Below are positions 8,843 through 17,755 of a stretch of 30,384 nt of DNA, piece by piece (positions within the stretch are counted from its first letter, which is position 1; each line of letters starts with the position of its first letter). Both the position numbers and the translations under genes were made by a program. The notes under the pieces were generated by a model that had not been told where the DNA came from, ran no database searches, and saw only the letters and a list, made by a program, of their open reading frames with translations. This DNA is from Acutalibacteraceae bacterium (GTDB taxonomy: Bacteria; Bacillota; Clostridia; Oscillospirales; Acutalibacteraceae), in NCBI GenBank assembly GCA_036309925.1, contig JAXJSX010000105.1, forward strand, positions 1 through 30,384, written 5' to 3'.

Positions 8843-9019
8843 TTGAGTCAGGTTCGTTTAAAAGAAAATGAATCCTTGGAGAATGCGCTTCGTCGTTTTA
8901 AAAGAGCAACTGCTCGTGATGGCGTTATCCAGGAGGTTCGCAAAAGAGAGCATTACGAGAAACCGTCTGTAAAGCGTAAGAAGAAATCTGAGGCTGCTCG
9001 TAAGCGCAAGTTTAAGTAA
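8843..9019 (+). CDS. rpsU: 30S ribosomal protein bS21
   Basis: [14 protein letters not shown]...[29 protein letters not shown] start 7 nt after GGAGGG. Confidence 0.97.
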   Translation: MSQVRLKENESLENALRRFKRATARDGVIQEVRKREHYEKPSVKRKKKSEAARKRKFK

Positions 9020-9080
9020 TTGCGCGATGCTCAAATTTAATCTGCATTTTGTGCGGTTATTTTGTGCTATATGCAAATAC

Positions 9081-9114
9081 ATAAAAACGGGTAGCAATGC
9101 CCGTTTTTATTTTT
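9081..9114 (+). terminator. Intrinsic terminator after rpsU
   Basis: ATAAAAACGGG...CCCGTTTTTAT followed by a T run. Confidence 0.85.
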
Positions 9115-9120
9115 AGGTAG

Positions 9121-9624
9121 GTGGTATTTTTGTCGCTGTTATATCCAACAATATATGTTGATAAGGCTTATGATATTTCAATCGAAACACTTAAAAAGTT
9201 GAAAATCACAGGTGTTTTACTCGATGTAGACAACACTCTGACTATCGACAAGGGAACTAAACCTGATGAACGAATGTTATCGTGGCTTGAAAATTTAAGG
9301 TCGAACGGCATAAAAATGATGATCGTGTCAAACGGCAAACACAAAAGACTTTCAAAATTTTCAAAAACGCTTGATCTACCGTGCTTCAGTATGGCAATGA
9401 AACCCCTGCCTTTCAAACTAAAAAAAGCGGCAAGAATGGTTGCAAACTCCACAGACAATGTACTTTTGATCGGTGATCAAATCTTCACCGATATTTTAGG
9501 CGCAAACACTTGCGGTATTAAATCTGCACTTGTAAATCCGATAAAAACAGAAACTTCCGCAAGTTTTAAGATCAGACGATACTTTGAACGCGGCATCCGC
9601 GAAAAAATTAGGGAGAGTGATTAA
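9121..9624 (+). CDS. yqeG: HAD IIIA phosphatase, YqeG family
   Basis: DVDNTL, VSN, AMKP and IGDQIFTDILGAN motifs. Start could be TTG 9130. Confidence 0.88.
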   Translation: MVFLSLLYPTIYVDKAYDISIETLKKLKITGVLLDVDNTLTIDKGTKPDERMLSWLENLRSNGIKMMIVSNGKHKRLSKFSKTLDLPCFSMAMKPLPFKLKKAARMVANSTDNVLLIGDQIFTDILGANTCGIKSALVNPIKTETSASFKIRRYFERGIREKIRESD

Positions 9625-10485
9625 ATGAACGCTTTATTCGGTCCTGCAGGCAATTCTGACGCATTTACAAAAGCGGGATATAAAGGCAATAACAGCGCAC
9701 CTGAGTTTGTGCACAAATGCGGACTTGATGCCTACGAATACCAATGTGGCAGAGGTGTGCGTGTAAACGCAGACAGTGCGGAAATTTTCCGTCAAAACGC
9801 AGAGCATTTCGGTATCACGGTTTCACTTCACTCACCTTATTATATTTCACTTTCTTCGGTTGAAGCAGAAAAGCGTGATAAATCAATCGACTATATTTTA
9901 GACAGCGCGAAAGCGGTATCAATACTCGGCGGCAACAGAATAGTTGTCCATTCCGGCTCGTGCTCAAAAATAACAAGGGAACACGCCTTAAAACTCGCTA
10001 AAGACACTTTAATCAAGGCGCAAAAAGCCCTCGATGACAACGGACTGTCTAATATTCACATTTGCCCGGAAACGATGGGTAAACTCAATCAACTCGGCAC
10101 ATTAGACGAAGTTATCGAACTTTGTAAGATTGACGAAAGAATGATACCGTGTATTGACTTTGGTCATCTCAATGCGCGCACAATCGGCAGTATTAAAACT
10201 ATCGACGATTATGAAGATATTATCACAAAAATCGGCAACGCACTCGGCGAAGACAGAATGAAGCATTTTCACGCACACTTTTCCAAAATCGAGTACACTG
10301 ACAAGGGCGAGAAAAAACATTTAACATTTGAAGATAATATCTACGGTCCTGATTTTGAACCGCTTTGTGAACTCTTAGCGCGTAAAAACCTTTGCCCGAC
10401 TATTATTTGCGAGTCAAACGGTACTCAGTCTGACGATGCAAAATCAATGAAAGACGCATATTTAAATGCGCTTGGGGGTAAATAA
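9625..10485 (+). CDS. Endonuclease IV-like TIM-barrel metalloprotein
   Basis: HSPYYISL, VVHSG, PETMG, CIDFGH, HAHFS, EKKH and ICES match the AP endonuclease 2 metal-ligand pattern. Confidence 0.8.
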   Translation: MNALFGPAGNSDAFTKAGYKGNNSAPEFVHKCGLDAYEYQCGRGVRVNADSAEIFRQNAEHFGITVSLHSPYYISLSSVEAEKRDKSIDYILDSAKAVSILGGNRIVVHSGSCSKITREHALKLAKDTLIKAQKALDDNGLSNIHICPETMGKLNQLGTLDEVIELCKIDERMIPCIDFGHLNARTIGSIKTIDDYEDIITKIGNALGEDRMKHFHAHFSKIEYTDKGEKKHLTFEDNIYGPDFEPLCELLARKNLCPTIICESNGTQSDDAKSMKDAYLNALGGK

Positions 10486-10486
10486 T

Positions 10487-10927
10487 ATGAAGATTTTAGT
10501 TATAAACGGGCCGAATTTGAATTTACTCGGCAGACGCGAACCGGGCATATACGGTGTTGAAACTTATCAGTCTATCTGTGAAATGATTAAAAATGCAGCA
10601 GACGAAAAGGGAATTACAACCGAGTTTTTCCAATCTAACCATGAGGGTGCAATTATTGATAAAATCCACGAAATGATGGACGATTACGATGGATGTATTA
10701 TCAATCCCGGTGCATATACTCATTACAGTTATGCGATTTACGACGCCATAAAAGCGGTTAAAAAGCCGTTTGTCGAGGTGCATATTTCCGATGTTGACGC
10801 AAGAGAGCCTTTCCGTGCAATTTCAGTAACTGCTCCGGCTTGTATTGAGAAAATTGCAGGTCACGGCACAAAAGGATATGTGGAGGCGTTAGAAATTTTA
10901 AGAGAACATATAATTTCTTGCAAATAG
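10487..10927 (+). CDS. aroQ: Type II 3-dehydroquinate dehydratase
   Basis: INGPNLNLLGRREPGIYG, QSNHEG, INPGAYTHYS and EVHIS...REPFR. Confidence 0.96.
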   Translation: MKILVINGPNLNLLGRREPGIYGVETYQSICEMIKNAADEKGITTEFFQSNHEGAIIDKIHEMMDDYDGCIINPGAYTHYSYAIYDAIKAVKKPFVEVHISDVDAREPFRAISVTAPACIEKIAGHGTKGYVEALEILREHIISCK

Positions 10928-10930
10928 TAC

Positions 10931-10959
10931 TTGAAAAATTGTGAGAAATATAGTAAAAT
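10931..10959 (+). promoter_or_regulatory. Putative sigmaA promoter of efp
   Basis: TTGAAA, 17 bp spacer, TAAAAT. Confidence 0.7.
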
Positions 10960-10989
10960 GTATATATAACTTTTTGGAGGTTTAAATTT

Positions 10990-11547
10990 ATGGTAACAGC
11001 AGGAGATTTTAGAAACGGCGTAACATTTGAAATGGACGGTAAGGTATATCAAATTATCGAATTCCAGCATGTTAAACCCGGTAAGGGCGCTGCTTTCGTC
11101 CGCACAAAAATTAGAAATGTAATCGAAGGTTCGGTTGTTGAAAAAACATTCAACCCGACAGATAAATATCCGACTGCATTCGTTGAGAGAAAAGAAATGG
11201 AATATTCCTACAACGACGGCGATCTTTATTACTTTATGGATCTTGAAACATATGAAATGGAACCCATCAACAAGGGTGAACTCAGCGACAATTTCAAGTT
11301 CGTTAAAGAAAATATGGTATGCAAGGTTCTTTCATACAAAGGCAAGGTATTCGGCGTAGAACCCCCGAACTTTGTTGAATTGGAAGTTACACAAACCGAA
11401 CCCGGCGTTAAGGGCGATACAGCAACAAATGCTACAAAACCTGCAACTGTTGAAACAGGTGCAGAAATCCGCGTTCCGCTTTTCATCAATGAAGGCGATA
11501 TGATCCGTATCGACACTCGTGACGGCTCATATATGGAAAGAGCATAA
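10990..11547 (+). CDS. efp: Elongation factor P
   Basis: [20 protein letters not shown] and VPLFINEGD...IDTRDGSY. Confidence 0.98.
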   Translation: MVTAGDFRNGVTFEMDGKVYQIIEFQHVKPGKGAAFVRTKIRNVIEGSVVEKTFNPTDKYPTAFVERKEMEYSYNDGDLYYFMDLETYEMEPINKGELSDNFKFVKENMVCKVLSYKGKVFGVEPPNFVELEVTQTEPGVKGDTATNATKPATVETGAEIRVPLFINEGDMIRIDTRDGSYMERA

Positions 11548-11566
11548 CACACAAAGGAGAATTACA

Positions 11567-11983
11567 ATGATCGAAAAAGTAGAATATGTAAAAGGTCTTG
11601 CTGACGGTTTAGAACTCGGCGACAGCAAAGCAGAAAAAGTTATCACAGCACTTCTTTCAGTTATCGAAGAAATGGCTGACGAAATCGACGCACTCAACGA
11701 ATATGTTGATGATCTTGCAGGTCAGTTAGATGCAGTTGATGAAGATCTCGGTGAAATCGAAAAAGATTTCTATGAGTTTGACGATGATGATTGCGATTGT
11801 GACTGTGGTTGCGACTGCGACGATGAAGAATTCTTCACAGTTGAATGTCCGAGCTGCGGAGAACAAATTGAAATCGACGAATCAGTTCTCGATGAAGAAT
11901 ATATCAACTGTCCGGTTTGCAACACAAAACTCGAATTTGATTTTGATGATTGTGACTGCGATTGCGACTGTGACTGCGAATAA
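11567..11983 (+). CDS. Acidic protein with CD1247-like N-terminal domain, CxxC/CxxC zinc ribbon and Cys-Asp repeats
   Basis: EKVEYVKGLADGL N-terminus, acidic coiled coil, CPSC and CPVC. AAGGAG RBS. Position after efp matches my recollection of clostridial genomes. Confidence 0.8.
   Translation: MIEKVEYVKGLADGLELGDSKAEKVITALLSVIEEMADEIDALNEYVDDLAGQLDAVDEDLGEIEKDFYEFDDDDCDCDCGCDCDDEEFFTVECPSCGEQIEIDESVLDEEYINCPVCNTKLEFDFDDCDCDCDCDCE
11789..11980 (+). repeat. Two (GAY TGY)n Asp-Cys tracts at 11789-11821 and 11948-11980
   Basis: Encode DCDCDCGCDCD and DCDCDCDCDCE with varying synonymous codons. Confidence 0.9.
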
Positions 11984-11990
11984 TTGAATT

Positions 11991-12021
11991 TTGCTCGGTC
12001 TGTATTCGGCCGAGCAATTTT
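11991..12021 (+). terminator. Intrinsic terminator after the efp operon
   Basis: TTGCTCGGTC-7 nt-GGCCGAGCAA followed by TTTT. Confidence 0.7.
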
Positions 12022-12038
12022 AATAAAGGACTGCTCAT

Positions 12039-12890
12039 ATGAAAACTACAATAAAATCAGCGATTATGGTTGTACTCAGCGCAATAACCGTGTTGCTCGT
12101 TGTGCATTTTGCACCCGTAATCGAATACGAAACTCCGGTTGAAATAACAACAACAACTACCACAAAACAAGCGCACGCAAACGGTTGCGACAATTATACC
12201 GATGTGAAGGATTTGGTTGCGTACATAAATATCCCCAATACCGATATTGAAGATGCAGTTGTTCAAGCGAGCGATAACGATTATTATCTTCGCCGTAACA
12301 AATACGGAAGTTATAGTTTTGCGGGCTGTTATTTTGCCGACTACGAATGTGATATGGCAAATTTAAGCCAAAACACTATTGTTTACGGTCATAACCTGCG
12401 TGATGAAAGTCGGCTTTTCGGTCAGTTAAACAGATTTAAAGACCTTGAATTTTATAAAACAACACCGCTTATCACCTTTGATATTAAATCAGAGGCACTG
12501 CGTTGGAAAGTCTTTGGCGTGTTTATTGTCAACACTTTAGAAGAGGATGGAGAAGTGTTCTACTATCTCAATCCCAACTTTAATTCTCAAGCAGAGTTTA
12601 TGGACTTTACAACCGAAATCAAGCACCGTTCGCTTATAAACACAACAGTCGATATACAAGAAAATGATAAAATTCTTCTGCTTTCGACTTGCGACTATAC
12701 AGTTGATAATAATTGGCGGTTGGTAGTCGCTTCAAGACTTGTGCGTGACGAAGAGAGTGAAGAAGTTGATGTCGAAAATGCAACTGTAAACGAAAATCCC
12801 CTCTATCCTGACGGTTGGTATCGTCGCTTTGGCGGAGTAAAACCCACTTTTGCCGAAACGACTCAACCCGCAACAGTTAAGCAAAATTAA
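12039..12890 (+). CDS. srtB: Class B sortase
   Basis: N-terminal anchor with Thr-rich linker, DNDYYLRR, NTIVYGHN, LLLSTC and a downstream Arg (WRLVV). Confidence 0.88.
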   Translation: MKTTIKSAIMVVLSAITVLLVVHFAPVIEYETPVEITTTTTTKQAHANGCDNYTDVKDLVAYINIPNTDIEDAVVQASDNDYYLRRNKYGSYSFAGCYFADYECDMANLSQNTIVYGHNLRDESRLFGQLNRFKDLEFYKTTPLITFDIKSEALRWKVFGVFIVNTLEEDGEVFYYLNPNFNSQAEFMDFTTEIKHRSLINTTVDIQENDKILLLSTCDYTVDNNWRLVVASRLVRDEESEEVDVENATVNENPLYPDGWYRRFGGVKPTFAETTQPATVKQN

Positions 12891-12919
12891 ATTTAAAGCC
12901 GCTACGACTGTGGTGTCAG

Positions 12920-12959
12920 AAAAAGCATCCGTATGATTACCATCAAACGGATGCTTTTT
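12920..12959. terminator. Bidirectional terminator between the convergent sortase and MFS genes
   Basis: AAAAAGCATCCGT...ACGGATGCTTTTT. Confidence 0.85.
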
Positions 12960-13001
12960 GCGTTATTCATTTTCTGACTGTTAAGATGATTGTAATCTGA
13001 A

Positions 13002-14171
13002 CTATGTGCTTAAACTTGTTGCACGGTTAAGTCTTTCGGAGAAAGCAAACATCAAAATCAGCAAAACCGCGAGGAACGGCGGTAACAAAGAAAGACTGAT
13101 ATTATCAGCAATAAACCCGAAAATCGGTGGCATAAGCGTTGAGCCAACATATGCGCTTGCCATTTGAACTCCTATAACTGCTTGAGATCTTTCTGCACCA
13201 AAACGCAAGGGCGTTGAGTGAATAAGGCAAGGATAAATCGGTGCACAGCCAAGTCCAATCAAAGAAAGACCAATGATTGCACCAATATTTCCAAACGGCA
13301 GAAGCAAAAATACTATACCTAAACCGAGAATACTCAGTCCCAAACGCACCATCTGTTTATCATTGAACTTTTCGGTTAGCAGGCCGCTGATAAATCGACC
13401 GACAGTGATGCCGAGGAAGAATATCGCTCCCAGTCCTGCTGCCTTTTGAGCTGAAATTCCTTTTTCAAAAACTATGTAACTTACTGCCCAAAGACTTGAA
13501 GTTTGCTCAATAGCGCAGTAGCACAGAAATGTAATCATCATTTCCTTAACACCCGGGATTGCTATTGTGCGTTTTAGTCCAAGCGGTTTGCTGTTTTCGG
13601 AGTTTTCAACGCAAATTTCAGCGGATTTTTTCTTCCATAGCGGTAAAGAAAAAACGAGTACGGCTGTTAAAACTATTTGTAGAACGAAAACCGAAAAATA
13701 TCCCTTACTCCAACTTTGACCGTTTAAAAGGAAATACGACATAACATACGGCCCAACACTGCAACCTACACCCCAAAAGCAATGCAACCAACTCATATGT
13801 CGGCTTTTATAATGTATCGCAACATAATTATTTAAAGCTGCATCGACGCTGCCTGCACCGAGTCCATAGGGGACACCCCACAAACACAACTGCCAAAAAT
13901 GAGTGCTTGTTGAAAATCCGAGTAAAGCTACCGCAGTAGTCGCAACGCTGATAGCAGTAACTGCGCCTGTGCCGAGTTTCTTCACAATCCGCTCACTGAA
14001 CAGCGCAGATACTATTGTTCCGCACGAAATTATCATACTTACAATGCCCGCAAACGATACCGGGACAGCAAGACCTGCGTACATACTCGGCCACGCAGAG
14101 CCGAGTAGTCCGTCAGGCAATCCTAAACTTATAAATGATATATAAATTATAATCAAAAGTAAATGCACCAT
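13002..14171 (-). CDS. MFS transporter (FucP-like), substrate unknown
   Basis: About 12 hydrophobic segments; FISLGLPDGLLGSAWP, GAGSVDAALN and GCAPIYP. Confidence 0.88.
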   Translation of the reverse strand: MVHLLLIIIYISFISLGLPDGLLGSAWPSMYAGLAVPVSFAGIVSMIISCGTIVSALFSERIVKKLGTGAVTAISVATTAVALLGFSTSTHFWQLCLWGVPYGLGAGSVDAALNNYVAIHYKSRHMSWLHCFWGVGCSVGPYVMSYFLLNGQSWSKGYFSVFVLQIVLTAVLVFSLPLWKKKSAEICVENSENSKPLGLKRTIAIPGVKEMMITFLCYCAIEQTSSLWAVSYIVFEKGISAQKAAGLGAIFFLGITVGRFISGLLTEKFNDKQMVRLGLSILGLGIVFLLLPFGNIGAIIGLSLIGLGCAPIYPCLIHSTPLRFGAERSQAVIGVQMASAYVGSTLMPPIFGFIADNISLSLLPPFLAVLLILMFAFSERLNRATSLST

Positions 14172-14218
14172 ATTATTCCTCTTTTAATAAATCAATTTTT
14201 CTTACAATTCACAAAGCT

Positions 14219-15025
14219 CTAGCACAAAAGAGGTTGAAACGGATATCTAATCAATTTTGGGTTTTTGCAAAACCCTCTTCTTTCATTTTCCTCATTGCGT
14301 TTTTGCACGGCTGATTTTACGGTTTCATCGTCCGGGTTTAAAATGAACTCACCGGTAAAACCGTTGACGATCGCAATATCACCGTCTTTAACAGTATTTA
14401 AAAATTCTTCTCCCACGCCTATAAGGAGAGGGATGTTCATATTGCGTGCAAGAATGGCAGTATGCGAATGTGGTGAACCGTATGCGGCTACAATGGCGAG
14501 AACTTTATCTTTATCAAGACATACCGTTTCACTCGGAAAAAGGTCATCTGCACAAATAATTTGTTTTTCATCAGTAATATTGTTGACGATTTCGTTGTTT
14601 GTAAGACAAGCAATAATTCTGTTTGAAATGTCGTGAATGTCAGCCGCCCTTGCTCGCATATAGCTATCATCCATAGCAGCAAACATATCTGCAAAATTTT
14701 TTGCGGTGACCAAAACTGCATACTCAGCATTTATGCGCTGAGACTTTATCATTTCAAGAATGGCATCGTTGTAGTCGTAATCTTCAACCATCATCATATG
14801 AATTTCAAAAATCTGCGCATTATCTTCTCCGACAACTTTAAGTGCTTTTTTGTAGATTTTACGGAGTTGCTCGATTGCTAATGCTTTTGCATTTTCAAGG
14901 CGTTGAATTTCATTTTCAATGTTTTCGATTTTGGTACGGTTTACGCTGATTTCCTGCCGTTTGTAAACAGTAACCTTACCTACCGCTATCGCATTGTAAA
15001 CGCATTTACCGTTGTATGTAGCCAT
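14219..15025 (-). pseudogene. ptsI: PTS enzyme I N-terminal half (HPr-binding and phospho-His domains); truncated ptsI or stand-alone EIN
   Basis: AQIFEIHMMM, DDSYMRARAADIHDI, ADDLFPSET, SHTAILAR and VNGFTG. 268 aa, ending before the PEP-binding barrel. Pseudogene status is uncertain. Confidence 0.7.
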
Positions 15026-15044
15026 AGTGTCACCCCGTTTTATC

Positions 15045-15085
15045 AAAATAAATCAAAATCCCCCGCTCACAGCAGGGGATTTGAT
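15045..15085 (-). terminator. Terminator-like hairpin between ptsH and the ptsI fragment
   Basis: Minus strand ATCCCCTGCT-GTG-AGCGGGGGAT followed by TTTGATTTATTTT. Confidence 0.7.
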
Positions 15086-15091
15086 ATGACT

Positions 15092-15349
15092 TTAAAGGTT
15101 TTTCTCCAAAAACTCTTTCATTGCCTTTTCAGCTGCTTCTTCATCTGCTCCGCTGACTGTGATTGTAACTGTATCTCCGCACTTTATACCCATTCCCATA
15201 AGAGCCATAAGTTTTGTGCAAACTACTGTCTTTTCACCTTTGGAAATGGTGATTTCGCTCTCGAAGGCTTTTGCAGTCTTTGCGAGCATTCCTGCAGGTC
15301 TTGCGTGAATTCCAAGTTCATCCTTGATTGTATAATCAAATGTTTTCAT
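15092..15349 (-). CDS. ptsH: HPr phosphocarrier protein
   Basis: GIHARPA with His15; 85 aa; AAAGGAAG RBS before ATG 15349. Confidence 0.93.
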   Translation of the reverse strand: MKTFDYTIKDELGIHARPAGMLAKTAKAFESEITISKGEKTVVCTKLMALMGMGIKCGDTVTITVSGADEEAAEKAMKEFLEKNL

Positions 15350-15387
15350 TGTAATACTTCCTTTCAAGATGTATATCTTCTAACTTA

Positions 15388-15416
15388 ATTATAGCGTATT
15401 TTTGTACAATATGCAA
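15388..15416 (-). promoter_or_regulatory. Putative sigmaA promoter of ptsH
   Basis: Minus strand TTGCAT, 17 bp spacer, TATAAT. Confidence 0.7.
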
Positions 15417-15424
15417 TACAAAAA

Positions 15425-16912
15425 TTAAATTCTTCCGAAAATTTTTGTTGTATTTAATATTTTTGCTTTCAGTTTGTCACTTAAATCCGCAGATTTTACT
15501 CGCCACTTCCAATTAGTTCCTACAGTTGAGGGCTTATTCATACGGCAACTGTCATCAAGTCCGAGCCAGTCTTGTAATGGGATAATGCAAGTGTTTGCAC
15601 GGCTACGCATAATCAGGCTGATGAATACCTTGTGCAATTCATTTTGTGGGGTGTAATTATCGCACAAATATTCTCTTGCCATTGCTCGTTCTTCATCAGT
15701 GATGGTTTCAAACCACGATGTTATTGTCTGATTGTCGTGAGTGCCTGTATATGCAACGCAGTTTTCATTGTAATTGTGTGGCATATAGTCGTTTCTGCTG
15801 CCTGTGTCACGGCTATCAAATGCGAACTCAAGCACTTTCATATTCGGGAACCCGCTTTCTTTAACAAGCTCACGGACTGAATCTGTCATAAAGCCTAAAT
15901 CTTCAGCGATAACATCTTTTTTGCCGAGAGCCGTCTGAACCGCTTTAAACAGTTCAATTCCGGGACCTTTTTCCCAATGTCCGTTTTTGGCTGTTTTGTC
16001 GCCGTAGGGAATTGAATAATATTCATCAAAACCTCTGAAATGGTCAATTCTGACTACATCGTAGAGTTTAAAGCACTGTTCAAGTCTTGCAATCCACCAT
16101 TTATAATCGGTAGATTTGTGGTAATCCCAATCATAAAGCGGATTTCCCCAAAGCTGTCCGTCTGCGGCAAAACCGTCAGGCGGACAACCGGCAACAGCCA
16201 AGGGCAGATTTTCTTCATCGAGTTGGAATAACTGTGGATTTGCCCACGCATCTGCACTATCGAGCGCAACATAAATGGGGATATCGCCGATAATCTTCAC
16301 ATCCTTATCGTTTGCATAGGCTTTCAGTTTATCCCACTGTTTGAAGAAATAATACTGCAAAAATTTATAAAAAGCAATCTCTTTAACTAATTTTGTACTA
16401 TATTCGCTTAATGCTGTTTGTTTTCTCAAACGAATATCGTCATCCCACTCATTCCAAGGTATGCCGCCAAAATTATCTTTTAGAGCCATAAATAAGGCGT
16501 AATCGTCAAGCCACGGATTTTCTTTCGTGAACTTCAAAAAGTCTTCGCTGTGTTCTATGTTACTGCGTTCATACGCCTTTTTTAAAAGCGGATATCTACC
16601 CTCGTAGAGTTTGCAGTAATCTATATCGTCTGTATCGCCGAAATCAACTTCGTCACATTCCGACTTTTCGAGAAACCCCTCTTTGATAAGTTCATTGAGG
16701 TCGATGAAATACGGATTGCCCGCAAAAGTTGAAAATGACTGATACGGGGAATCACCGTAACTTGTAGGACCTATGGGAAGTATCTGCCAATAGGTCTGCC
16801 CTGCATTCTTTAAAAAGTCTACGAATTTATATGCACTTTCAGAAAAACAGCCTATACCGTATTTCGACGGAAGACTTGATATTGGCAAGAGTATTCCTGC
16901 GCTTCTTGTCAT
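15425..16912 (-). CDS. malQ: 4-alpha-glucanotransferase (amylomaltase, GH77)
   Basis: RSAGILLPISSLP, WQILP, GQLWGNPLYDW, RIDHFRGF, IAEDLG and YTGTHDN. GAGGTG RBS before ATG 16912. Confidence 0.96.
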   Translation of the reverse strand: MTRSAGILLPISSLPSKYGIGCFSESAYKFVDFLKNAGQTYWQILPIGPTSYGDSPYQSFSTFAGNPYFIDLNELIKEGFLEKSECDEVDFGDTDDIDYCKLYEGRYPLLKKAYERSNIEHSEDFLKFTKENPWLDDYALFMALKDNFGGIPWNEWDDDIRLRKQTALSEYSTKLVKEIAFYKFLQYYFFKQWDKLKAYANDKDVKIIGDIPIYVALDSADAWANPQLFQLDEENLPLAVAGCPPDGFAADGQLWGNPLYDWDYHKSTDYKWWIARLEQCFKLYDVVRIDHFRGFDEYYSIPYGDKTAKNGHWEKGPGIELFKAVQTALGKKDVIAEDLGFMTDSVRELVKESGFPNMKVLEFAFDSRDTGSRNDYMPHNYNENCVAYTGTHDNQTITSWFETITDEERAMAREYLCDNYTPQNELHKVFISLIMRSRANTCIIPLQDWLGLDDSCRMNKPSTVGTNWKWRVKSADLSDKLKAKILNTTKIFGRI

Positions 16913-16917
16913 ATCGG

Positions 16918-17745
16918 TCACCTCGTTTCAATAATAATGCCGTAATGGTCGGACACAATCGGCTCGTTGGAGCCGTTAAAAATAACTTTAGAACTGTTAA
17001 CAGGTACTTCTTTGTTGCACCAAATCTGGTCAATTCTCATACCATTCGTGTCAGATAACTTATCTCTCCAGCCGTCAATTACCTTTCCAACAGTAATTCC
17101 GCTGTCTTTATTTTCCGCAAGGGAGTAACTGTCATACCAACCCGAATTTGAAATCATATCATATCCTTCACATCTTACTTCAGCAGGACTGTTGAAATCG
17201 CCCATAATCCATACAGTGCCTTCATTTTTTACATTTTCATCAAGCCGTTGCCACTGCATTTGAAACGGATCGTCCTTATCGTCCCACCAACCAAGATGAA
17301 CACTATAATACCAGGTGTCGGGATTTTCTTCGGTGCGAATGCCGATTATTTTTCGGGTTTTCCAGTTGCTATAATCGTTAATTCCACTGACAAGTACAAC
17401 TTTGGCTTCGATGATTTTACTGCGGCTGAAAAGGGCAATTCCTTCGTCATATTTACCGTAACTGAATTTCATTCCAAGCCAAGTCCAGTAATACTTTATA
17501 CCGTTTTCAGCGAGGATTTTCACAACATTTAAAGCGTGATTATCTTCTTTCACGGGAATATCCCCGCAGGGAGTAAATCCTGAAGTTGCTGCAGATGGAA
17601 TTTCTGCCGCAGCTTGAGTCTGGTTTACTTCCTGCAAGGCAATTATATCGGGAATTTCACGACATACAGCGCTTGTGAAAGACTTGAGTTTTTCGGGATA
17701 GTTTTCTTCCACAAGGCTATGTGCGTTAAGTGTAAGCAGTTTCAT
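16918..17745 (-). CDS. mapP: EEP-family phosphatase, probable maltose-6'-phosphate phosphatase
   Basis: LLTLNAHS, IALQEV, MGDFN, RIDQI and VSDHYG. Directly downstream of a MalT-like PTS gene, as in Enterococcus malT-mapP. Confidence 0.8.
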   Translation of the reverse strand: MKLLTLNAHSLVEENYPEKLKSFTSAVCREIPDIIALQEVNQTQAAAEIPSAATSGFTPCGDIPVKEDNHALNVVKILAENGIKYYWTWLGMKFSYGKYDEGIALFSRSKIIEAKVVLVSGINDYSNWKTRKIIGIRTEENPDTWYYSVHLGWWDDKDDPFQMQWQRLDENVKNEGTVWIMGDFNSPAEVRCEGYDMISNSGWYDSYSLAENKDSGITVGKVIDGWRDKLSDTNGMRIDQIWCNKEVPVNSSKVIFNGSNEPIVSDHYGIIIETR

Positions 17746-17755
17746 CGTGTTCACC

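Noticed and set aside
10927..10990. No Xaa-Pro peptidase gene between aroQ and efp, where many Firmicutes have one
   Set aside because: No remnant is visible; ordinary synteny variation.
11789..11980. Repeat tracts as a CRISPR array or contingency microsatellite
   Set aside because: They are in-frame coding repeats with synonymous variation, with no repeat-spacer structure and no cas genes.
12147..12166. (ACA)n-like run in the sortase gene
   Set aside because: Encodes a short Thr linker; imperfect and frame-preserving.
12915..12978. GTCAGAAAA / TTTTCTGAC inverted repeat overlapping the terminator, as a transposon end or attenuator
   Set aside because: Only 9 bp, lies between convergent 3' ends, and no transposase is nearby.
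14903..15388. 161 aa Cys/Phe-rich plus-strand ORF
   Set aside because: Antisense to ptsH and the ptsI fragment and crosses a terminator; composition is explained by the opposite strand.
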